Below, piece after piece: positions 29,172-36,758 of a stretch of 64,000 bases of DNA (its first letter is position 1; each line of letters begins with the position of its first letter). Where the stretch lies: NCBI GenBank assembly GCA_963806905.1, contig CAWEAA010000003.1:785-64784 (forward strand), in the 5' to 3' direction. The notes under the pieces were generated by a model. The model saw nothing but the letters and a program-made list of their open reading frames with translations, was not told the DNA's origin and searched no databases. Origin of the DNA: an uncultured Verrucomicrobiae bacterium (GTDB taxonomy: Bacteria > Verrucomicrobiota > Verrucomicrobiia > Limisphaerales > UBA11358). Made by a program: the position numbers and the translations under genes.

Positions 29172-29368
29172 GAAAAAGCAATCCGCTTGTTTTGTCCGCA
29201 ATTTGGATTGGCGTGGGGGTATGGCTTGCTTTGGACGGCTACATCAAAATCGTCATTTTTTTGATCGCAGCAGCCGTTTTGATAGTAACGATTCAATTTG
29301 GAGTTGGGTGGCTTTTAGATAGAATTGGTCGGAATCGGGAGAAATCAAAAAATAAGAAATCAAATTAA
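29168..29368 (+). CDS. small two-TM membrane protein (IS cargo)
   Basis: 66 aa with two hydrophobic helices and a Lys-rich tail. The last codons and the stop lie inside the right IR. Confidence 0.45.
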   Translation: MRKSNPLVLSAIWIGVGVWLALDGYIKIVIFLIAAAVLIVTIQFGVGWLLDRIGRNREKSKNKKSN

Positions 29369-29377
29369 GGCACTACC

Positions 29378-29385
29378 CGCCAGCG
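29378..29385. repeat. target-site duplication, right copy (CGCCAGCG)
   Basis: Identical to 26204-26211. Confidence 0.7.
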
Positions 29386-29498
29386 TTTTGGACTGCGGTG
29401 GCCCTCCACCGCTTTGGAATCACGCTCAGCAGTCATCCGAACCAAAAGCGCCAGCCGCCGTCGCGCCGCGAAGGCGGAAGGTCTGGCGCACTCCAGAA
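29386..29498. repeat. REP-like two-hairpin element, copy A (its 5' end is displaced to 26200-26211 by the IS)
   Basis: ttggactGCGGTGGccctCCACCGCttt ... aaaaGCGCCAG...CTGGCGCactccagaa. A paralogue lies at 61063-61154. Confidence 0.65.
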
Positions 29499-29538
29499 CG
29501 CTTCGCGCATTCCTCGTCCCGCATGAAATCGGCCCTGC

Positions 29539-30468
29539 TCACTGGTCCTGCGCCGCCAGAAACCGTTCGGCGTCAATCGCTGCCGCGCAGCCCGCGCCCG
29601 CTGCGGTGATGGCTTGGCGATAAACATGGTCCGCACAGTCGCCCGCCACAAATACACCCGGCACATTCGTCATCGTGCCTTTCCTGGGAATGATGTAACC
29701 GTTCGCGTCCATTTCAATCTGGTCTTTGAAGATTTCCGTGCTGGGCGAGTGTCCGATGGCGACGAACACGCCCGCGCAGTTCAGAACAGATTCTACGCCG
29801 GACTTGAGGTTTTTCAATTTCACGCCGGTCACCTTGTCCTGTTTGGGGTCGAGAACCTCGGTCACGACCGAATCCCAGACTGGTTTGATTGTTTTATGAG
29901 CGTGAACGCGTTCGGCCATGATTTTGGACGCGCGCAATTTGTCGCGCCGGTGAATCAAGTGAATGACCGAACCGAAGCGCGTCAGGTAAAGCGCCTCTTC
30001 GCAGGCGGAATCGCCGCCGCCGACCACCGCGAGCGGCTGGTTGCGGAAAATTGGCAGTGCGCCGTCGCAGGTGGCACAATACGTCACGCCCTTGGTTTCC
30101 AGCAAATCCTCGCCGGGCACGCCGAGATGCCGATGACTCGCGCCGGTGGCGATAATGACCGTCTGCGCCTCGACCCGTTCACCATCAACGGTGAGGGTGA
30201 AGGGCCGTTTGGAAAAATCCGCCTTTTCAACGACGCCAAAGCTGGCGCGCGCACCGAAACGTTCGGCCTGTTTCTGCATCCGCGTCATCAATTCGTAGCC
30301 GTCCACACCTTCGGGGAAGCCGGGATAATTTTCGACGACACTGGTGGTGGTGAGGAGGCCGCCGGGTTGTTTGCCAGTGAGCACGAGCGGGGCGAGATTG
30401 GCGCGCGCCGTGTAAAGCGCCGCCGTCCAGCCAGCGCATCCTGAACCGATAATGACCACTTTTTCCAT
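29539..30468 (-). CDS. trxB: thioredoxin-disulfide reductase
   Basis: GSGCAGWTAA FAD motif, CATCDG redox centre, GGGDSACEEA NADPH motif. Confidence 0.95.
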   Translation of the reverse strand: MEKVVIIGSGCAGWTAALYTARANLAPLVLTGKQPGGLLTTTSVVENYPGFPEGVDGYELMTRMQKQAERFGARASFGVVEKADFSKRPFTLTVDGERVEAQTVIIATGASHRHLGVPGEDLLETKGVTYCATCDGALPIFRNQPLAVVGGGDSACEEALYLTRFGSVIHLIHRRDKLRASKIMAERVHAHKTIKPVWDSVVTEVLDPKQDKVTGVKLKNLKSGVESVLNCAGVFVAIGHSPSTEIFKDQIEMDANGYIIPRKGTMTNVPGVFVAGDCADHVYRQAITAAGAGCAAAIDAERFLAAQDQ

Positions 30469-30557
30469 AAGCCGCGAAAGGTAGTGCCGGAACTCGAAGG
30501 TTGCAAGCCGGAGCGCCGATTTTGGCAGCTGTTCAGTTGGAAATATAAATGGAAACG

Positions 30558-30944
30558 TTACGCGCGTTCTTGATACATGCGGGTAGCCAACATTACGAAT
30601 CCGACTGAGGCAAGAAGGAGAATCGGAGCCGCAAACGCTGCCATGACCAAGGGCAAACCCAGGATGTCATTTGCATCTTTTGAATCTGCCACCGCAAAAA
30701 ATCCCCAGAGCAGAAACAACAACTCAGTAATTATGAAGCTCGCACTGATGGACAACAATTTGGTGCGCACAAATCCAGCGAGCACTAATGAAACCAAGGC
30801 ATTCACCGCCAACAAATCAAAAATGAGCAAAAGCAATCCCATAACGCCCCAGACGAGCAAGAACTGAGCCACGCTGGAACCGCCTTGCCACGGCCGCGCA
30901 CTTTTATTCTCAATAATAAATGCGGCGATTTTTCCAAATTCCAA
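30558..30944 (-). CDS. membrane protein, unknown function
   Basis: 128 aa with about four hydrophobic helices. AT-richer than its neighbours. Confidence 0.5.
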   Translation of the reverse strand: MEFGKIAAFIIENKSARPWQGGSSVAQFLLVWGVMGLLLLIFDLLAVNALVSLVLAGFVRTKLLSISASFIITELLFLLWGFFAVADSKDANDILGLPLVMAAFAAPILLLASVGFVMLATRMYQERA

Positions 30945-30959
30945 ATATAGTCGGCGATA

Positions 30960-33710
30960 CTATCGCCATTCGTGTTTCGGGTATTTGCGCTGCAACTCGG
31001 ATTTGATGCGTGGATAGTGTTCGCGCCAGAAGTTTGCCAAATCCTGCGTCACTTGAATCGGCTTCATGCCCGGTGTCAAAATATGAACGACCACCTGAAC
31101 GCGGCCCATCGCAATCTTCGGCGTCTGCGTCACGTCGTAAAGTTCCTGAATCCGCAACGCGATGTGCGGCGACTGGTTGTTTTCGTAAACCACCTTTGGC
31201 GTGCGGCCATTCGGCAGTGACAGCCGTTCCGGCGCGTGCTTGTCCAGCAACTCCCGCTGCGCTCCAGATAGCCACGATATCACCAGCGGTTTCACTTCGC
31301 GTTCCTTGATGTCCTTGTAACTCACCGCACCGTGGCAGAGTTGTTCAATGATGTGTTTGCGGTCGTCTTCGGCAAACGGCGGAAGTTGGAGCTCGGGGCA
31401 ATGCCGGCATAGCAGATTCAACCGCGCCAGCCATTGCTCGACGGCGTGGTCCCAGTTCGGCAACGGCAACCGGCCCGCAATAATTTCATCAGCCAGCAAC
31501 CGTGCCGCGGCGTCGGCGGGCGGAGGCTCAATCCGTTTGGCGGATAACGCCAGTCCACGAAAACGTTCCAGTTCGGCGGCCTGAACTCGTTTGGTTGTGG
31601 CATCGAACTGGACGTGCAACTCGGATTTCAAGTCGTCAGGAAAAAGCACACGGAGCCATTCAAGTTCAATCGCCGTCGCCAGTGAAAGGATGGTGTTCAC
31701 TTCCCGGCCCTCGACTTCGCGAACTTCGGCAGCGACCAAAAGTTGGCTATGCTGCACGGCACTTTCCCGCGCCAGCACGCCGCGCCGATTATGGACCAAT
31801 TCGCAACGAAGCGTCCCCTGATCCAATCGCCGCGCCACGCGGTCGCTGAACCCGATAAGAATACATTTCTGCAACGCCTCGTCCTTAATCTCGCGCGGTT
31901 TGGTATCAAGCCCTTCGTCCTTGGCAATCCGCAGAAATTGTTCGAGCAACGGGCCGACTTGTCGCGCGGTGACAGCATGAATGCCGAGCTTGCGGCAGGC
32001 GTCGAGGCGGAACTGATTATTTGCGGCGTAACTCCACGCCCGCATCAGAATCCAGAAATCCGATGACGCCTTTTCACCGAACAAATCCTCGCGGAGTGAG
32101 ATTGTGTCGCGATCCACATTGCGCAGCAGCAAATCGCGTCCCTGCGTGAGGGCGGCGACGAGGCAGGCCTGATGGACGCAACCATATTCCTGCGCGGCGA
32201 GCAGCATTCGCGAATAACGCGGATGCACTGGAAACGCGAGCATCTTGCGGCCAATGGGGGTGATTTGTAGCGCAGGCTGGCAGCCTGCGATATCGCCGAT
32301 TGGCAATCGGCTGGATCGGGAATCATCGCCGCTCGTCCGCAGGATTCCATCCTGCGATACAGCAGATTGACAATCTGCGCTACCGACTGCATTGCGAACC
32401 TCTTTCACCGCCCCCAAATCGAGCAACAATTCCTCGGCGTGAGTGAGCGAAATTTCATCCGGCTTTTCCAGCCACCTGAATTTCCGCAAATCCTCCACGC
32501 CCGCCGCTTTCAAAGTCAGCACCACTTCGGCGAGATCGAGACGTTTGATTTCCGGCAACTGCTGCGGTGCGCGTTCGTCGTGTTCCGGCCGTGACCAAAG
32601 CCGGATGCAACGGCCCGGCGCGGTCCGGCCGGCGCGACCAGCACGTTGGTCCGCGCTGGCCTGGCTGATGCGTTCAATCAACAGCGTGTTGATGCCGCGG
32701 TTGGCATCGTAACGCGGAATACGCGCCAGCCCGCTGTCAATCACCAGCCGCACGCCGTCAATCGTGATACTCGTCTCGGCGACGTTGGTGGCCACAACGA
32801 CTTTGGGCTGGTCATAGCGCGCGACGGCAGCGTCCTGGTCGCGTGGCTGCAATTCGCCGTGCAGGGGCAGGAGAATGTAACCTTTCGATTCCGGCGTGTG
32901 ACGAATGGCCTCGATGGTTTGAGAAATTTCAAACCCGCCCGGCATGAACACCAACACATCGCCGCGTTCGCTGGAACGGACATGGTTGGCGAAAGCGTCC
33001 GCCGCCAATTCCCAGACCGGTGGTGGATTTGGCCCAAGCCGATGCGGCAGATATTCGATTTCAACCGGATAAACGCGGCCTTCGGAAGATAGAACTGCGC
33101 AGGAAAATTGCGAGTGAACAAGCCCCTCGCCCTGTCCATCTCCCCGCCGGGCGGGGAGAGGGTGGCTTCCAGCCGGGTGAGGGGTTGATTTAATTTCGTT
33201 CAGATATTCCTCCAACGCCCCGGCATCCAACGTGGCGGACATGACGGCGATGAGCAGGTCGGGACGAAGCGTTTCCTGGATGTCCAGCGCGCGGGCGAGT
33301 GTAATATCGCCGTAAAGATGGCGTTCGTGAAATTCGTCGAAGATAACCGCCTGCACGCCACGCAAGACCGGGTCTTGAATTAGTTGCCGAAGCAAAATCC
33401 CTTCGGTCTCAAACTTGATGCGCGTGGCATCGCTCGTCGCGTTTTCGAAGCGAACCTGGTAACCGACTTCACGCCCCAGCTCGACGCCGAGTTCCTTGGC
33501 CACGCGTGACGCGAGCAAACGCGCCGCCAGACGGCGTGGCTGAAGTATGACGACCTGCCCTTTGCCGAGCAGACCGTGCTTGAGCAGCATTTGCGGGACC
33601 TGGGTGGATTTGCCGGAACCGGTCGGCGCTTGCAGGATGAGCCGCTTCGTCGCCTTGAGCGCGGCGACGATGTCGTGCTCAATTTCGTAAATGGGCAATC
33701 GGTCACTCAT
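30960..33710 (-). CDS. hrpB: ATP-dependent RNA helicase HrpB (DEAH-box)
   Basis: APTGSGKST, DEFHER, SATLD, TNVAETSITI and QRAGRAGR motifs. ATG at 33710 (MSDRLPIYEIE). Carries two repeat-derived in-frame inserts (see findings). Confidence 0.9.
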   Translation of the reverse strand: MSDRLPIYEIEHDIVAALKATKRLILQAPTGSGKSTQVPQMLLKHGLLGKGQVVILQPRRLAARLLASRVAKELGVELGREVGYQVRFENATSDATRIKFETEGILLRQLIQDPVLRGVQAVIFDEFHERHLYGDITLARALDIQETLRPDLLIAVMSATLDAGALEEYLNEIKSTPHPAGSHPLPARRGDGQGEGLVHSQFSCAVLSSEGRVYPVEIEYLPHRLGPNPPPVWELAADAFANHVRSSERGDVLVFMPGGFEISQTIEAIRHTPESKGYILLPLHGELQPRDQDAAVARYDQPKVVVATNVAETSITIDGVRLVIDSGLARIPRYDANRGINTLLIERISQASADQRAGRAGRTAPGRCIRLWSRPEHDERAPQQLPEIKRLDLAEVVLTLKAAGVEDLRKFRWLEKPDEISLTHAEELLLDLGAVKEVRNAVGSADCQSAVSQDGILRTSGDDSRSSRLPIGDIAGCQPALQITPIGRKMLAFPVHPRYSRMLLAAQEYGCVHQACLVAALTQGRDLLLRNVDRDTISLREDLFGEKASSDFWILMRAWSYAANNQFRLDACRKLGIHAVTARQVGPLLEQFLRIAKDEGLDTKPREIKDEALQKCILIGFSDRVARRLDQGTLRCELVHNRRGVLARESAVQHSQLLVAAEVREVEGREVNTILSLATAIELEWLRVLFPDDLKSELHVQFDATTKRVQAAELERFRGLALSAKRIEPPPADAAARLLADEIIAGRLPLPNWDHAVEQWLARLNLLCRHCPELQLPPFAEDDRKHIIEQLCHGAVSYKDIKEREVKPLVISWLSGAQRELLDKHAPERLSLPNGRTPKVVYENNQSPHIALRIQELYDVTQTPKIAMGRVQVVVHILTPGMKPIQVTQDLANFWREHYPRIKSELQRKYPKHEWR
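32272..32378. repeat. array of four 17-nt palindromes inside hrpB
   Basis: GCAGGCTGGCAGCCTGC (32272-88), GCCGATTGGCAATCGGC (32295-311), GCAGGATTCCATCCTGC (32339-55), GCAGATTGACAATCTGC (32362-78). Confidence 0.8.
33123..33184. repeat. GC-rich palindromic element inside hrpB
   Basis: CCCCTCGCCCtgtccaTCTCCCCGCCgGGCGGGGAGAGGGTggcttccagccGGGTGAGGGG. Confidence 0.8.
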
Positions 33711-33929
33711 GCGCGTGCATATTCTAGCGCCTTGCGTGAAATGGGAAAAACAAAACGGTCGGTACACGAAAAGGAAACCGCTCATAGCGAAAAAGCGGAA
33801 TCTGTAACAAAACGACAAGATGAAAGTTGGCATTCAATTTGCGCTACGCTTTTGGAGGTAACGAGTCGAACTCGATTTAGATTTGTGCGTATGGGCGGCA
33901 AAGCTACAATTTAGCCGAGTGGGCATCCG

Positions 33930-35684
33930 ATGAACGAGAATTTACGAGTTTTCCAGCACTGGTTCTGGCTTTCACTGGCGATAACTATTTTGTTGGGAAT
34001 TGTGCTTCATATCGCGACTCGGCGACGGCATTTATGGCTGCGTTACACAGCGGCGGAAGCCGCATTTTGGCTTCGGCTTGGCCTTCCCAAAAAACTTGTT
34101 AATGCTTCGCGCCGTTTTTCCGAAAGCGGGAAAAATAAATATGCGCTTTGGATTCTAGTCATTGCTTGGGTTCTTTTAACTTCTCTCTGCGGAGGATTCT
34201 ATCTCTATTTCAAACACCGGCTTCCAAGCAAAAAACCGCCTGAGGCTGTGACGCTCTACGATATTGGCGCGGGAAAAAATAAAACCGGCGATTATCTCGG
34301 AGCGATCAGCAATTTTGCGAAAGCCATAGAGGTATATTCTAATTACGCTGAAGCCTACAGCTTCCGCGCCAGAGCTAAATATAATCTCGCCGATTACAAA
34401 GGTGCCATCACAGACGCCACCAAGGCTATCCAGTTGAACGCGGATTGGTCTCCAGCTTACAACGTTCGCGGTTTTTCAAAATTTTACCTCCAAGATTACA
34501 GGGGATCCGTTGAAGACTTTGATAGATTCATCAAATTAGACACCAGTTACGCTTACATCTATAATCAACGCGGTCTCGCCCGAGCTAACCTGACAAATTA
34601 TCCGGCGGCGATTGCCGATTTTACCAAAGCCATCAAGTTAAAGCCGGATTACGCGATGGCTTACTATGATCGCGGCCTGGTCAAACTGGGCATGACAAAT
34701 TATGCCGCGGCCATCGTGGATTTCAGCAATGCCGTCCAATTTCATCCGGATTTTCCCGATGCTTACAACCGACAGGGGCTTGCCGAATGGCATCTCGGTA
34801 ATTTTTCCAAAGCGATTGTTGATTATAACAAAGCCATCGAGTTGGACCCTGACTTTTGGCCGCCCTGCAATAATCGCGGGCTGGTCAAAAGCGACCTCAA
34901 TCATTACGCGGAGGCTATTGTTGACTATGATAAAAGCATCAACCTGAATCGCACCAATGCGATCGTTTATTTTAACCGCGGAATGGCCAAGTATCATCTC
35001 GGAAACAACGCAGGGGCGATTGCAGATTACCAAAAGGCCATTGAATTGGAGCCTGCCGACGCTTCGGTTTATGCAAATCTCGGGCTCGTTCAAAACGATC
35101 TGTTCCAATTTGAATCCGCGTTAAGGAACTATCGAAAGGCATTGCAGTTTAATTCCGTCTTGGACGAATGCAGGTTTCGCATTTGGTTGATCCTTTCGCG
35201 CTCAGACGACCGGCCCGGAGCCACAGAAGATCTGAAAGAATATCTGGATTCTCAAAAGCATAAAAAATTTACTTGGTCCGAGGCGGTGGGATTTTTTCTG
35301 GTAGGGGAGTTTTCTGAAAAAAGTTTCCTGGCTTGCGCTAAATCATCCGACGAAAAAACGCAAATCTGGTGGCGTTGCCGGTCAAGTTATTATGTCGGCA
35401 TGAAACATCTGGTTTCCGGAGACAAAGTCGGAGCAATGGATTTTCTGGAACAGTGCTTAAACACTCAGGAAACAAACTTATCAGAATACATCAGCGCCAA
35501 AGCTGAATTGAAAGCTCTGAAAAAAGTAATCCCGCCGCAATCAGCTACGCCAAGACCCAGCCGGGTTGGATTTCAGAATCCAGTTCAGTGGCCGGCACTT
35601 TGTGAAGCAGTTTTCTTTCAGCCAGAATGCCGATCATCGCCGCGTTGTCGGTGCACAGACTTTTTTCCGCGAGACGCAGCGTAA
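33930..35684 (+). CDS. TPR-repeat membrane-anchored protein
   Basis: N-terminal TM helices followed by about ten 34-aa TPR units (AEAYSFRARAKYNLADYKGAITDATKAIQLN...). AT-richer than the backbone. The 3' end overlaps tsaD by 140 nt and is doubtful. Confidence 0.7.
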   Translation: MNENLRVFQHWFWLSLAITILLGIVLHIATRRRHLWLRYTAAEAAFWLRLGLPKKLVNASRRFSESGKNKYALWILVIAWVLLTSLCGGFYLYFKHRLPSKKPPEAVTLYDIGAGKNKTGDYLGAISNFAKAIEVYSNYAEAYSFRARAKYNLADYKGAITDATKAIQLNADWSPAYNVRGFSKFYLQDYRGSVEDFDRFIKLDTSYAYIYNQRGLARANLTNYPAAIADFTKAIKLKPDYAMAYYDRGLVKLGMTNYAAAIVDFSNAVQFHPDFPDAYNRQGLAEWHLGNFSKAIVDYNKAIELDPDFWPPCNNRGLVKSDLNHYAEAIVDYDKSINLNRTNAIVYFNRGMAKYHLGNNAGAIADYQKAIELEPADASVYANLGLVQNDLFQFESALRNYRKALQFNSVLDECRFRIWLILSRSDDRPGATEDLKEYLDSQKHKKFTWSEAVGFFLVGEFSEKSFLACAKSSDEKTQIWWRCRSSYYVGMKHLVSGDKVGAMDFLEQCLNTQETNLSEYISAKAELKALKKVIPPQSATPRPSRVGFQNPVQWPALCEAVFFQPECRSSPRCRCTDFFPRDAA

Positions 35685-36654
35685 AACCTTCGCGTTGGCA
35701 CGCGGTTTCCAACTCACGGCGCAAGGCGCGGTTGCACGTCACGCCACCCGACGCCGTCACGCAACGCACCTGGTTTCGCTTCGCCGCACGGATGGTTTTG
35801 GTCACAAGCACCTCAACAATCGCTGCCTGAATGCTGGCGCACAAATCGCGCACGCGTTGCGCGTCATCCAGCAACTTCGGGTGGTCGCGCAGGAAATAGC
35901 GCACGGAGGTTTTCAAGCCGCTGAAACTGAAGTCGTCACTTGCGTCATGAATCAACGGGCGCGGGAAATCGAACGCTTTTGGGTTCCCCTGGCCGCCCAG
36001 CCGGTCCATCTCCGGTCCGGCGGGGTATGCGAGGCCCATCAACTTGCCGGTTTTGTCAAAACATTCGCCGGCAGCATCGTCCATCGTTGAGCCGAGCACA
36101 CAAAGTTTCAGTTCCGTTTCCACCAGCACCAGCAACGTGTGCCCGCCGCTGACGATGAGGGAAACGTTCGGTTGGAAAGCGGAAAAGTCGGCGGTGAAAC
36201 GTGTTGTGGTTTCACTTCCCCTCACCCGGCCTCCGGCCACCCTCTCCCCGCTCTGCGGGGCGAGGGACACAGCGGCGGGCGACGTAGTTGCAACAATCCA
36301 TGGCGAATACAAATGCGCCTCGTGATGGTGAATCCCGACGAACGGTTTGCGCAGGGAAAAGGCGACGGCCTGCGCGGCCTTGAATCCGACGAGCAGCGCC
36401 GTCGGCAAACCCGGGCCTTGCGTAGCGGCGACGGCGTCGAGCTGTCCGGGTTCCACGCCCGCTTCACTCAACGCGGCCCGCACGACGGGCAGGAGGTTTC
36501 TCAAGTGTTCGCGCGCGGCGAGTTCGGGCACGACACCGCCATATTCGGCGTGCAGTTTGACTTGCGACGAAACGACGCTGGACAAGACCCTGCCATCACG
36601 CACGACGGCGGCGCTGGTTTCGTCACAGGAAGTTTCGAGCGCGAGAATGGTCAT
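35545..36654 (-). CDS. tsaD: tRNA N6-adenosine threonylcarbamoyltransferase
   Basis: LALETSCDETSAAV, GVVPELAAREH, HHHEAH, VSGGHT and DDAAGECFDKTGKLMGL motifs. Confidence 0.9.
   Translation of the reverse strand: MTILALETSCDETSAAVVRDGRVLSSVVSSQVKLHAEYGGVVPELAAREHLRNLLPVVRAALSEAGVEPGQLDAVAATQGPGLPTALLVGFKAAQAVAFSLRKPFVGIHHHEAHLYSPWIVATTSPAAVSLAPQSGERVAGGRVRGSETTTRFTADFSAFQPNVSLIVSGGHTLLVLVETELKLCVLGSTMDDAAGECFDKTGKLMGLAYPAGPEMDRLGGQGNPKAFDFPRPLIHDASDDFSFSGLKTSVRYFLRDHPKLLDDAQRVRDLCASIQAAIVEVLVTKTIRAAKRNQVRCVTASGGVTCNRALRRELETACQREGFTLRLAEKSLCTDNAAMIGILAERKLLHKVPATELDSEIQPGWVLA
36218..36266. repeat. GC-rich palindromic element inside tsaD
   Basis: CCCCTCACCCggcctccggccACCCTCTCCCCGCtctGCGGGGCGAGGG. 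Confidence 0.8.
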
Positions 36655-36758
36655 GTTTGTCGTAGCGGCGCGTCGGCAGACCGCCGCATTTTCTTCGGGA
36701 AACTGAATTGTCCGGCTTTCTGCCGAAAGTCGCTACGCCTGTATTGCCGGAAACGCAC

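Larger units (their letters stand above)
26212..29377 (+). mobile_element. IS1-family element with passenger genes (3166 bp)
   Basis: Perfect 18-bp IRs: GGTAGTGCCTTAATTTGA at 26212-26229 and its reverse complement at 29360-29377. Flanked by 8-bp direct repeats. Contains an internal IS1-type single-ORF transposase and is AT-richer than its flanks. Excision in silico restores a repeat that matches 61063-61087. Confidence 0.75.

Noticed and set aside
29325-29609. 94-aa ORF after the IS
   Set aside because: It translates the REP-like element and then runs antisense into trxB.
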